Numbered from the stretch's first letter, positions 1 through 13,200 are shown. The stretch is 64,000 nt of DNA from Isurus oxyrinchus (GCA_026770705.1 JANJGN010000007.1:109864001-109928000); one strand, 5' to 3'. Made by a program: numbers and translations. Notes: a model not told the origin generated them from the letters alone.

Positions 1-1179
1 ATGTAAACATTACTCACCATTAAATCGTCTCTTCTTGTGAGTTTTTTTCATTCATTTATGAATTACGTTACTCGTCTCACCACAAAACAAAGAGACACCC
101 ATTTTATTTTGGGCTTGGCCGTAATAAGCTCAACTAATGTAAACACTTTAACATTTGCAACTCGTCGCGTGTCATGTAACCAAATGTACGTTACAAGTTG
201 TTGGGTTACAGACCAGGCATTATTCCACTGAATGGCAAAACCTGCTGGGAGAACCAAAGAGCCCGACACTTCTTCCTCTGACCTTAAGCATTACCTGGGA
301 GATGACACATGGTGGGATCTTCAAGAATACATCAAAATAGATTTGCCAACCCTTCTGCGACTCGTGACTTTTACTACAGACACTCATTAATGTACTCATT
401 GCTCATTAATGTACTTCCAATATTTGATATTTACTTTCATTCCCAACATTCATAATTCTACTTCCATTAATCCAAATCTTCTGTTGATTGTGATATTAGT
501 GATCTCTGGTATACACTTAGCCCCTTCACTGTTTATTAACCCATTGCAAGTGCTTCTACTAGAAAATGTCATGCACCTTTTTCTTCACCCTCAGAATTTC
601 AATAGCAATCACGAGCGGGATCACAAACAACTGTGACACTCAATCAGGTCGGTGATCGGGAGCTGCGCCCCTGTTCCAGAGATGACCATCAACAATTCTT
701 TTTCGAGTTATCCATTATAAAGTCCTGCGGGATAGTAGATTTGTATATAGGTGCAAAGCGCTGGCCAATTATTGGATCCAAGAAGGGATACAGTTGAGGT
801 GGGCAACTATTCTTCGCTAATCAAGCAGCTACCAAAAATTGACTCATTCAGAACAGGCCAGAGCAAGTGGGAATACTATCTGTTCTATTTCATTATCCTA
901 TACCTCACAACAAGAGTGAATTTGCATTGGCTGTTACCAAATGATAGCGGTAAGCGCAGGTTAATTGCATGGCAAAGCGCCCCGTGGCTCTAATTAGTTC
1001 AGATGTCAGCTCAGTTAAATTTATGTTTAGGAAAGACCTTAGTGACAACTTCCTAAACATGGAAGTGTAAGGAGTAACCGTGAGAATGGCTCACATTTTA
1101 CTGATTGCGAAGAGGAAGGAGATTTCTATGAAAGTAAAGACCTCGGGGCGTTTGCACAATTTTGGCGTTGTTAGGACAA

Positions 1180-1860
1180 ATGAAGAGACTGTTAACAAGA
1201 GAGGGGATACTTCATTTTATTGATAAAGACAGAGTGCTCAGTAAGAAAATTATTCTAAGCCTTTATAAGGCACCAGTTCAGCCTCAGCTGGAGTGTTTTC
1301 TTCAATTATGAAGGATTTCAGGGACTTGGACAGGGTGCAGAAAAGATTTGCTGGCGATTCGCCAAATTTAATGGCCTTGGGTTATGTGGAGAGACTGGAG
1401 AAGCTACAATTGTTCTCCTTAGAGTCGTAAAGGTTAAGAGGCGGCTTGATAGAGATTTTCATAGTTAGGAACAGTCTGATTAAGTAAATAAGAAGAAACT
1501 GTTCCCTGTAACACAAGAGTCGGTTAGCAGAAGACAGAGATGTAAGGTGATTGGTAAAAGCAACCAAGGCGTCTAACATTTGGCTGGAAGTTAGTTGCTG
1601 TCTAGCCCCGTCCTGTTGTTACCATCGGTTCGTACAACTTAAATGGACAGCAGTGAGCAGCAGAAATCCTGATTGATCTTTGCCTCCTGATTTAGATAAG
1701 CTAACTCGGCACACAGCGGATTTGGAAACAGGCTGAATGCCATGAATAACCAGTCTTAATTTCACTCATATCTCTTTTCTCTTTGCAACAAGTTCGAAGA
1801 GGGTCGTTTTAGTTAGTCCAACTGCAGGTTTCACCCAACACAGTGCGAAAATTCCTTCCG
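1180..1860 (+). repeat. Old CR1-3'-end-derived repeat with extended tail; inverted diverged partner at about 5330-5865 (paralogues about 44950-45635 and 47520-47980)
   Basis: catgaataaccagtctt (1741) vs aagactggttattcatg (5431); agctaactcggcacacagcggatttggaaac vs its near reverse complement at 5472-5502. Confidence 0.6.
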
Positions 1861-2150
1861 AAGAAGAATTATATTCGACTGGAAACTTTAACTCGGTTTC
1901 TATCTCCAGATACTGCTAGATCTACTGAATTTTTCAGCACTTTCTGTCTTTATTTCCGATCTTCAGTTTCCGCAGTAGTTTGTTTTTATTATTCGCGAAT
2001 ATTCCTTGTTGCATTTCAGGCCTGCTGGACTAATAACTGTAACATTGAAAGATGTTCGCCCAGGAAGGGCCAACATTTCATCTCTGGTATGGTGAAGGTA
2101 AAATTGGCCTCAACAGCGATGGAATGAAAAAAAGCGAGATGAGCAGACTT

Positions 2151-3783
2151 ATAGAACCATAGAACCACAGAAAGGTTACAGCGCAGCAGGAGGCAATTCT
2201 TGTCCATCTTGTCCATGCCAGCCCGAGGACACCCAGGTGATCTTTCTAATCCCACCTTCCTGCACCTGACCCGTAGCCCTGCAGCTTACAGCACTTTAGG
2301 TGCAGATCCAGGTACTTTTTTAAAACAATTTAAAGTTTCTGCCTCTACCACCAGCTTGGCAGCAAATTCCAGACACCCACTACCCTCTGCGTGAAACAGT
2401 TCTTCCTCATGTCCCCCCGACATCTTCTGCCACTTATCTTGAATCTATGTCTCCTGGTTCTATAATTCTCCATCAAGGGAAATAATTTTATCCTGTCCAC
2501 TCTATCTATTCCCCTCATAATTTTGTACACCTCAAACAATTCATCTCTCAGCCTTCTTTGTTTTATGGAGAATTAGCCCAACCTATCCAATCTCTCCTCA
2601 TAGCTACACTTTTCTAAACCTGGCAACATTCTTGTAAACCTCCTCTGCACTCTCTCTAGACCTATTACGTCCTTCCTGTAATGTGGTGACCAGAACTGCA
2701 CACAATGCTCCAATTGTGGCCTCACCAGTGTTTTATACAATCCCTGTATTATAACGTTACTTTTATATTCTATACCTCTGCCAATGAAAGGGAGCATTCC
2801 ATATGCCTTCTTTACAGTCTTGTCTAATTCAACTGCTGCCTTCAGGGACCTGTGTACCTGTACGCCAAGATCTCTCACTTCATCTTCCCCTCTTAGTATA
2901 TCTCCATTTATTGTGTAATCTCTGTAACTGTTTGACCTCCCTAAATATATGACCTCACACTTCCCTATGTTGAAATCCATCCGTCACTTTACTGCCCAGT
3001 CCACGAACTCATCTATATCATTTTGGAGATTATGGCTATCCTCTACACTGTCCACTACTCGGCCAATCTTTGCATCATCTGCAAATTTCCCAATCGTGCT
3101 CCCCACGTTCATGTCCAAATCATTAATGTATAACACAAACAGCAAGGGTCCCAATACCGAGCCCTGTGGAACACCACTTGAGACAACTTTCCATTCGCAA
3201 GGGCATCCATCAACCATTACCCTTTATTTCCTGTTACAAAGCCAAACTTTTATACAGTTTGTCACATTACCCTGAATCCCATGGGCTTTTACTTTCCTGA
3301 CCAATCTGCCATGTGGGACCTTGTCAAGTGCCTTGCTAAAATCCATGTACACAACATCCCCCTTGCACTACCTTCATCAACCTTCTTGTCACTTCCTCAA
3401 AGAATTCAATCAAATTTGTGAGGCAAGACCTTCTGTTAAAAAATCCATGCTGACCACCCCGACTAGTCCATGAGTTTCCACATGACAGTTAGTCCTATCT
3501 TTCAGGATTGATTCTACTAATTTGCTCACCACCGATGTAAGACTTATAATTGGCTTATAATTGTTTGGCATTTCCTTTATCCCTTTTTAAACAATGGAAC
3601 TACGGTTGCATTTCTCCAGTCCTCCGGTACCTCCCCTGTATTCAGTGAAGATTGGAAAATCATCCTCAGAGCATCTGCTATCTCCTCCCTGACTTCCTTC
3701 AGTATCCTCGGAAACAATTAATCTGGCCAAGGCGACTTGTCAACTTGCAAGGATTTCAACCCTTCGAATACTTCCTCTCTCTG
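2151..3783 (-). mobile_element. CR1 LINE, 5'-truncated RT region and 3' end; specific to copy 1
   Basis: Minus-strand ORFs with SGVPQGSVLGPLLF, KFADD, LYKTLVRPQLEHCVQFWSP; (atagaacc)n tail; empty site near 45915-45930. Confidence 0.92.
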
Positions 3784-4080
3784 AATCTAAATTGCTATTC
3801 CAGTGAGCTCTGTTACTAATCCGGTAGATGGAGGTTGGTTGAGGTCTCGAACTAAATATATAAATAAGAACTAACTATTTGCCAAATCACATTGTCAATG
3901 CTCCTACATGAAGTCGAATGCCTTAGGTGAAGTGCTGGAGGACTGCCTGAGCCTGCGGCCTGCATCTTTAGTTTCAGCATAGAGTGAAGGATCAAATGTA
4001 GGTGTTCATAAAGAAGTGTCCCGGGAGCGGCTAAGAGAGCATAACTCTTCAGGTGAAAGCTTTTCAGCTTCCCAGACTCC

Positions 4081-4126
4081 ACCACGGAAGAACAAACAGA
4101 CCCACTACGCTGCCTCAGTCACGTGA
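4081..4126 (+). promoter_or_regulatory. Candidate proximal regulatory motifs of gene A (RUNX-like/ETS ACCACGGAAG; E-box GTCACGTGA)
   Basis: Motifs about 120-165 bp upstream of the ATG; ACCACGGAAG is also at 46266-46275 in gene B. Motif match only. Confidence 0.25.
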
Positions 4127-4244
4127 TGTCGCATGTGTTGGTCATATGTTTCACGTATTTACACACGAAATCAATTTCTTCCCCAAATCATTGGGGATAT
4201 CATTCTCACTTACAGCAAGTAGGCAACAGCTTTTTATTTACAAC

Positions 4245-4299
4245 ATGTCGATGCAAGCTACAGTTCAGTACATGACTCTTCTGGGCATGGTTTGGCCAG
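4245..4299 (+). CDS. Gene A exon 1, signal peptide MSMQATVQYMTLLGMVWP
   Basis: caacATGtcg start, short hydrophobic stretch, phase-1 donor CCAG|GTACCT at 4300 that joins in frame to the V exon. Confidence 0.75.
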
Positions 4300-7200
4300 G
4301 TACCTTCGCTTTTAATACGTTACCGGTTTCAGAATAGCAAAACCTCATTTAAATGATTCTACGACTGTTACGCATTGTAAAATTGGATACCGTGCCTCTA
4401 ATCCGACTGCTGGTGTTTAATCATGGATCTTTTATTTACTTCTCTTAGTTATTTTGATTTTTCTATTGTATGCAATGTTATCACCAACTTGTTAATTTTT
4501 TGTTAGACGCCGGAGTAGCTTCGAAAAAAGTGGAGCAGTTCCCTAAATACTTGGAGGTGCCCAGAGGCGCGAATGTTTCCATGTTCTGCAGGTTTCCCAT
4601 ATTTCAAGATCTTCCCGATGTTCGTTGGTGGAGACGCGGTGAGGAATCATTTCTGGAACCAGACAGCAGAAAGCGGGTTGATGTAAAAAAAGCAAGTAGT
4701 TCGTTTGACGTCCTGAATGTGACTTTTACAGACTCCGGGGTGTATTATTGCAAAGTAAAATATGGGCAAAGCTTTACTGGAAACGGAACTGGCACCCAGC
4801 TCACTGCGCACGGTAGGTGTTTTTGTAAGTGGGAGGACTACAGCTCTGTGCGATACATATTATTTGAGCTTTCTTTCACTGGAGGAAAACCTGGTGATAG
4901 CGAATTCATTTCACACATCATCGGGTTTTCTTTCATTGACCTCGGTGTACAACGGACATGGTATATTTGAAATTAAGCAATGGAATAACATGAACAAAAC
5001 ACAGAAAATGTCGGATGTATTCAGGAGATCAGGGAGCCTCTGTGGAGAAGAACAGAGTTAGCTATCATGTCGATGATCATAATCGATCCGAAGAGTTAAC
5101 TCCGTTTCTCTACATAGGTGTCGCCCATCCTGCTGAATATTTACAGCATTTTCTGTTTGAATTTTAGGCTTCCAGCATCTGTAGTATTTTGCGTTCGTGT
5201 TGCAATGAGATAAAATGGTTCCATCTCACCAAAATAACGGTGCCACAGTCCAACAATGGAAGCAACTTTATCACTTCCTCGGTCATTTACACAACATTAA
5301 AGATCACTTAATTCACCTCGACAAGGAAGGAATATTCCCGGTGTGTTCGATAATAACCGCAGATGGAACTACGAGGAGAAACAATCCTCACTGAGCTGAC
5401 TGCAAAGAGAAAGGAAATTTCAACGATAGTAAGACTGGTTATTCATGATATTCAGCTTGCTGCAGGTTCCAGTTTCCAAATCCGCTCTGTGTCGAGTTAG
5501 CTGATCGAAATCAATAAGGGGTCCTGTGCCTCACCGCCATCCATGGCCATCCATTGGAGGTTTACCAGCCTATGGTAACAATGACAGGGAATAGGCTGTA
5601 ACTAACATCTAACGAAAGGTCAGAAGCCTGAGTTCTTTTGCCAATCACCTCAAATCCCTGTCTTCTGGTTACCGATTATTGTGTTACTGGGAACAGCTTC
5701 TCCTTGGTTACTTTGTCAGAACTGTTCATAAATTTGAAAGTCGCTATCAAGCCTCCTCTTAAATGTCTCAGCTCTCAGGGGGACAACATCTCCACTCTCT
5801 CCACATCATCCAGTCCCTTAACCTGGTTATTCTCCCGCAAATCCTTTGTGCACCCTCTCTAAGTGTCTTCATTATAAACTTACCACAGCGAAGAATATTT
5901 CGCAATCCAGGTACCCTTGCCTGTCTACTGCTCGAAATTGCCGATCTAACATTTTATATACTGGATTGTCCAATATTTGAGATGACTAGATTTTTGCTCT
6001 CTATAGGTACCAGGGAAATATACTTAACTCGAACAAATGGTTTTGAGGCAGAGATCTACCATAATCTGAATGAATTGCAGGGCCAGCTGGGGGAGCTGAA
6101 TGGACATCCTGTTCTTATGTCCACAGATTAGACTTTGTGCTTGTATCCATTGATAACTGGATCGAAATGCCAAACTACTTCCACAAAGGTTTACTACAAC
6201 CCCGTAAGAGGAGTGATGTTGACCTTGCTCTCAATGTTGTATTCCACCCCCAAGTCACAGAAATTGCTGGACAATTAAGCTGCCGAGTGCCCTTATTTGA
6301 ATCTCTGGGGCACTCTGATGCTCTCACAACTGGTAAAGTGGAGGCAAGACAACGCGAAACATTTCTATATACGTCTGGGCTCCCATATTTTTAATTCCTA
6401 ATTTCCATGTTCGCTCCCCATAGGCAGGCGGAGGTGAGAGCACGAGACCAAGAGAACACTGGCTTCTTACTACCCAGTCAGAATTCTGTCGCCCCTAAGT
6501 CAATAATTTGCTTATGGTACAATGAAGGAAAAGAAAATGTGTCAGGAAAATATAAGAAGATTGACTTTAATAAAGAACAGAAGAATACAACCTAATAAGG
6601 GGCCTTACTACCACTTAACATGTGATTTTTAGATATCGCGGACACATAGATAGAGCGGTTCATATCAAAAAATAGTAAATTTGGACTGTTATAAGCTGAA
6701 TCTGCTCCAGGTAAAATGCTTCAGTGAAGTTGTGCAATGGCTAAACCCTGGAATCATGAAAGAAATTTACTCCGGGTTAGGATTTCCTGTTCGGTTTCGG
6801 TCATCTCTCCGGGTCTTGTGATCTATACATCCATAAATAATTACCAAAATAAATTAATTCGTAGAGAGCTAAACACTCTAGCTCTCCATCCCCATCCGGA
6901 GAAAGGCCCTTTGGTGAAAAATGCACGATAAATTCAGACGGAAATCTCACTCGGGGCCGGGGCTGCAAACGCTAATCCCGCTCTATGATCTGGCATTTCC
7001 ATTCCGGGCAGTGACACTTGCTCCCTGGTTGTTACCCAGCCTGGGACATATTCCCTCTTTGTGGGTCGCTTGAACAAACATCTGGCAAATTTGCTGTGCG
7101 CCGCATAACACTGTGTAAAATAAATGCAAACACAAAGGTAACCACGCCACAGCAAGGATCACTATTCTCACAGTATGAGGTTAAGAGCATCGCGAGGGTA

Positions 7201-10200
7201 GACAACTGAGAATGTGCTCCTTTAAATTCAAAAATATATTTCTTTCCTTTAAAGTACATCCAACACCACTGAAAATCGTTCCTGTTGAAGGGATTTCAAC
7301 GACTTCTCTGAAACTCGAGTGTAAAACGGCTGCCTTTTACCCGGAGGATTTAAGAGTTTCCTGGCATAGGGATGGTGTGGAAATTCTGAACGGAATAGAA
7401 ACTGTGAAAAACGAGACCGTGGATGGGCTCTATGAGGTCTCCAGTTCTTTGGAAGAAGTACAGCCTGTCCGGAACAGAGTCGTGTATACCTGTCTGGTAT
7501 ATCACGTCTCTCTTGATGTGCCCGCCAATGTCAGCTACACCATCAACAACGATAAGATTGGAAACATTTGGGGTATGTGTTCCAACCCTTTTTTTTAATT
7601 CATTAATGTAATGTGGGCGTCGCGGGCGTCGCTAGCATCTATTGCCCATAAGAGGTGTATCCTTAGCTGGCCTGGAGTTATATATATGATGGCCGATTTC
7701 TTTCTCGAATGGAGCATTCTTCAACTGACAAATGTCTATTGAATTCAAATTCCACCACCTGCCATGACGGGATACGTACTTGGGGCTTCAGAGCATTACT
7801 TTGAGCTCCTAAACAAAAACAAAAACAGAATTAGCTGGAAAAACTCAGCAGGTCTGGCAGCATCGGCGGAGAAGAAAAGAGTTGACGTTTCGAGTCCTCA
7901 TGACACTTCGACAGAACTTGAGTTCGAGTCCAAGAAAGAGTTGAAATATAAGCTGGTTTAAGGTGTGTGTGTGGGGGGTGGAGAGAGAGAGAGAGAGAAG
8001 TGGAGGGGGGTTGTGGTTGTAGGGACAAACAAGCAGTGATAGAAGCAGATCATCAAAAGATGTCAACAACAATAGCACAAAAGAACACATAGGTGTTAAA
8101 GTTGGTGATATTATCTAAACGAATGTGCTAATTAAGAATGGATGGTAGGGCACTCAAGGTATAGCTCTAGTGGGGATGGAGAGAGCATAAAAGATGTAAA
8201 AAAAATAAAATAAATAAATATTTTTTTTTCCTCTTTTTATAATGGAAATAGGTGGGAAAAGGAAAATCTATATAATTTATTGGGGAAAAAAAGAGAAAAG
8301 GAAGGGGGAAACAGAAAGGGGGTGGGGATGGGGGAGGGAGCTCACAACCTAAAGTGGTTGAATTCAATATTCAGTCCGGATGGCTGTAAAGTACCTACTC
8401 GGAAGATGAGGTGTTGTTCCTCCAGTTTGCGTTGGGCTTCACTGGAACAATGCAGCAAGCCAAGGACAGACATGTGGGCAAGAGAGCAGGGTGGAGTGTT
8501 TAAATGGCAAGCGACAGGGAGGTTTGGGTCATTCTTGTGGACAGACCGCAGGTGTTCGGCAAAGCAGTCGCCCAGTTTACATTTGGTCTCTCCAAAGAAA
8601 AGGAGACCACATTGGGAGCAACGAATGCAGTAGACAAAGTTGGGGGAAATGCAGGTGAAATGCTGCTTCACTTGAAAGGAGTGTTTGGGCCCTTGGACGG
8701 TGAGGAGAGAGGAAGTGAAGGGGCAGGTATTGCATCTTTTCTGTGGGCATGGGGTGGTGCCATAGGAGGGGGTTGAGGAGTAGGGAGTGATGGAGGAGTG
8801 GACGAGGGTGTCCCGGAGGGAGCGATCCCTAAGGAATGCCGATAGGGGGTGTGAAGGGAAGATGTGTTTGGTGGTGGCATCATGCTGGAGTTGGCGGAAA
8901 TGGTGGAGGATGATCCTTTGAATTCGGAGGCTGTTGGGGTGATAAGTGAGGACAAGGGGGACCCTATCATGTTTCTGGGAGGGAGGAGAAGGCATGAGGG
9001 CGGATGCGCGGGAGATGGGCCGGACACGGTTGAGGGCCCCGTCAACGACCGTGGGTGGAAAACCTTGGTTAAGGAAGAAGGAGGACATGTCAGAGGAACT
9101 GTTTTTGAAGGTAGCATCATCAGAACAGATGCGACGGAGGTGAAGGAACTGAGAGAATGGGATGGAGTCCTTACAGGAAGCGGGGTGTGAGGAGCTGTAG
9201 TCGAGATAGCTGTGGGAGTCGGTGGGTTTGTAATGGATATTGGTGGACAGTCTATCACCAGAGATTGAGACAGAGAGGTCATGGAAGGGAAGGGAAATGT
9301 CAGAGATGGACCGCGTGAAAATGATGGAGGGGTGGAGATTGGAAGCAAAATTAATAAATTTTTCCAGGTCCCGACGAGAGCATGAAGCGGCACCGAAGTA
9401 ATCATCGATGTACCGGAGAAAGAGTTGTGGAAGGGGACCGGAGTAGGACTGGAACAAGGAATGTTCCACATACCCCATAAAGAGACAGGCAGAGCTGGGG
9501 CCCATGTGGGTACCCATAGCCACACCTTTTATTTGGAGGAAGTGAGAGGAGTTGAAGGAGAAGTTGTTCAGCGTGAGAACAAGTTCAGCCAGACGGAGGA
9601 GAGTAGTGGTGGATGGGGATTGTTCGGGCCTCTGTTCGAGGAAGAAGCTAAGGGCCCTCAGACCATCCTGGTGGGGAATGGAGGTGTAGAGGGATTGGAC
9701 ATCCATGGTGAAGAGGAAGCGGTTGGGGCCGGGGAACTGGAAATTGTTGATGTGACGTAAGGTGTCAGAGGAATCATGGATGTAGCTGGGAAGGGACTGG
9801 ACAAGGGGAGAGAGAAGGGAGTCAAGATAACGAGAAATGACTTCCGTGGGGCAGTTCTGTTTGTGGATTTTGGGTAGGAGATAGAAGCGGGCCGTCCGAG
9901 ATTGGGCGACTATCAGGTTGGAAGCTGTGGGAGGAAGATCCCCAGAGGAGATGAGGTCAGTGACAGTCCTGGAAACAATGGCTTGATGTTCAGTGGTGGG
10001 GTCACGGTCCAGGAACAGGTAGGAGGAAGTGTCTGCGAGTTGACGCTCAGCCTCCGCGAGGTAGAGGTCAGTGTGCCAGACAACAACAGCACCACCCTTG
10101 TCAGCGGGTTTGATGACAATGTCAGGGTTGGACCTGAGAGAATGGAGAGCAGTAAGTTCAGAGAGAGACAGGTTAGAATGGGTGAGAGGAGCAGAGAAAT

Positions 10201-13200
10201 TGAGATGACTAATGTCGCGCCGACAGTTCTCAATGAAAAGATCAAGTGAAGGTAAGAATCCAGAGGGAGGGGTCCAGGTGGAGGGAGAATATTGGAGATG
10301 GGTAAAAGGATCCGTTGAACTGGGAGAGGACTCCTGCCCAAAAAAGTGAGCCCAGAGACGAAGACGGCGGAAGAAGAGTTCAGCATCATGCCGAGCCCAA
10401 AATTCATTGAGGTGAGGGCGTAAAGGTATGAAACTAAGTCCTATGCTGAGCACTGAACGTTCAGCATCGGAGAGGGAAAAGTCAGGGGGTATAGTGAATA
10501 CACGGCTGAACTCTTCTTCCGCCGTCTTCGTCTCCGGGCTCACTTCTTTGGGCAGGAGTCCTCTCCCAGTTCAACGGATCCTTTTACCCATCTCCAATAT
10601 TCTCCCTCCACCTGGACCCCTCCCTCTGGATTCTTACCTTCTCTTGATCTTTTCATTGAGAACTGTCGGCGCGACATTAGTCGTCTCAATTTCTCTGCTC
10701 CTCTCACCCATTCTAACCTGTCTCTCTCTGAACTTACTGCACTCCATTCTCTCAGGTCCAACCCTGACATTGTCATCAAACCCGCTGACAAGGGTGGTGC
10801 TGTTGTTGTCTGGCGCACTGACCTCTACCTGGCGGAGGCTGAGCGTCAACTCGCAGACACTTCCTCCTACCTCTCCCTGGACCATGACCCCACCACTGAA
10901 CATCAAGCCATTGTTTCCAGGACTGTCACTGACCTCATCTCCTCTGGGGATCTCCCTCCCACAGCTTCCAACCTGATAGTCGCCCAACCTCGGACGGCCC
11001 GCTTCTTTCTCCTACCCAAAATCAACAAACACAACTGCCCCGGTAGACTGATCGTCTCAGCTTGCTCCTGCCCCACAGAACTCATTTCTCGTTATATTGA
11101 CTCCCTTCTCTCTCCCCTTGTCCAGTCCCTTCCCACCTACATCCGTGATTCCTCTGACACCTTACGTCACATCAACAATTTCCAGTTCCCTGGCCCCAAC
11201 CGCTTCCTCTTCACCATGGACGTCCAATCCCTCTCCACCTCCATCCCCCACCAGGATGGTCTGAGGGCCCTTAGCTTCTTCCTCAAACAGAGGCCCGCAC
11301 AATCCCCATCCACCACTACTCTCCTCCGTCTGGCTGAACTTGCTCTCACACTGAACAATTTCTCATTCAACTCCTCTCACTTCCTCCAAGTAAAAGGTGT
11401 GGCTATGGGTACGCACATGGGCCCCAGCTATGCCTGTCTCTTTATGGGGTATGTGGAACATTCCTTGTTCCAGTCCTACTCCGGTCCCCTTCCACAACTT
11501 TTTCTCCGGTACATCGATGATTACTTCGGTGCCGCTTCATGCTCTCGTCGGGACTTGGAAAAATTTATTAATTTTGCTTCCAATCTCCACCCCTCCATCA
11601 TTTTCACGTGGTCCATCTCTGACACTTCCCTTCCCTTCCTTGACCTCTCTGTCTCAATCTCTGGTGATAGACTGTCCACCAATATCCATTACAAACCCAC
11701 CGACTCCCACAGCTATCTCGACTACAGCTCCTCATACCCCGCTTCCTGTAAGGACTCCATCTCATTCTCTCAGTTCCTTCACCTCCGTCGCATCTGTTCT
11801 GATGATGCTACCTTCAAAAACAGTTCCTCTGACATGTCCTCCTTCTTCCTTAACCGAGGTTTTCCGCCCACGGTCATTGACAGGGCCTTCAACTGTGTCC
11901 GGCCCATCTCTCACGCATCCGCCCTCACACCATCTCCTCCCTCCCAGAAACAGAGGGTCCCCCTTGTCCTCACTTATCACCCCACCAGCCTCCGCATTCA
12001 ATGGATCATCCTCCGCCATTTCCACCAACTCCAGCATGATGCCACCACCAAACACATCTTCCCTTCACCCCCCCATCGGCATTCCATAGGGATCGCTCCC
12101 TCCGGGACACCCTGGTCCACTCTTCCATCACCCCCTACTCCTCAACTCCCTCCTATGGCACCACCCCATGCCCACGGAAAAGATGCAATACCTGCCCCTT
12201 CACCTCCTCTCTCCTCACTGTCCAAGGACCCAAACACTCCTTTCAAGTGAAGCAGCATTTCACTTGCATTTCCCCCAACTTTGTCTACTGCATTCGTTGC
12301 TCCCAATGTGGTCTCCTCTACATTGGAGAGACCAAACATAAATTGGGCGACCACTTTGCCGAACACCTGCGGTCTGTCCGCAAGAATGACCCAAACCTCC
12401 CTGTCGCTTGCCATTTTAACACTCCACCCTTCTCTCTTGCCCACATGTCTGTCCTTGGCTTGCTGCATTGTTCCAGTGAAGCCCACAGCAAACTGAAGGA
12501 ACAACACCTCATCTTCTGACTAGGTACTTTACAGCCATCCGGACTGAATATTGAATTCAACCACTTTAGGTCGTGAGCTCCCTCCCCCATCCCCACCCCC
12601 TTTCTGTTTCCCCCTTCCTTTTCTTTTTTTTTCCAATAAATTATATAGATTTTCCTTTTCCCACCTATTTCCATTATAAAAAGAGGGGGAAAAAGTATTT
12701 ATTTATTTATTTATTTTTACATCTTTTATGCTCTCCCCACCCCCACTAGAGCTATACCTTGAGTGCCCTACCATCCATTCTTAATTAGCACATTCGTTTA
12801 GATAATATCACCAACTTTTAACTTTAATATATGTGTTCTTTTGTATTATTGTTGTTGACATCTTTTGATGATCTGCTTCTATCACTGCTTGTTTCTCCCT
12901 ACAACCACACCCCCGCTCCTCTCTCTCTCTCTCTCCCTCTCCGCCCCCCACACACACACCTTAAACCAGCTTTATTTCAATTCTTTCTTGGACTCGAACT
13001 CAAGTTCTGTCGAAGGGTCATGAGGACTCGAAACGTCAACTCTTTTCTTCTCCGCCGATGCTGCCAGACCTGCTGAGTTTTTCCAGGTAATTCTGTTTTT
13101 GTTTTTGTTTTTGTTTTGGATTTCCAGCATCTGCAGTTTTTTTGTTTTTAACTTTGAGTTCCTAGTTTATTAGTCCACTGCGCTATTGCCTCCCCTAAAA

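Larger units (their letters stand above)
7812..13150. mobile_element. Penelope-like retroelement, head-to-head fold-back insertion (arms about 7812-10384 and 10505-13150) in gene A intron 3
   Basis: RT motifs (IKPADKGG, FTMDVQSLY, GVAMGT, FLRYIDD) and GIY-YIG (VYCIRC..C.LLYIGET) on both strands; 14-bp TSD actttgagc/ttccta at 7798-7811 and 13151-13164. Confidence 0.95.

Noticed and set aside
4470-7598. Rearranging Ig light chain or TCR locus
   Set aside because: V and J-like motif are in one exon, no heptamer-spacer-nonamer RSS seen next to either V (isolated CACAGTG near 1839 and 19106 lack nonamers), no FGxG, and the C1 is followed by an uncharged TM and ITIM tail
10508-10543. Native start codon for the 733-aa Penelope ORF
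   Set aside because: Lies across the fold-back junction and is antisense sequence of the other arm with a GTG start; the true N-terminus is seen only in the 33.0-33.5 kb copy
8668-12089. Long Ser/Pro-rich ORFs (8668-9525, 11397-12089, 31095-31958 and similar)
   Set aside because: Alternative frames of the C-rich Penelope RT sequence
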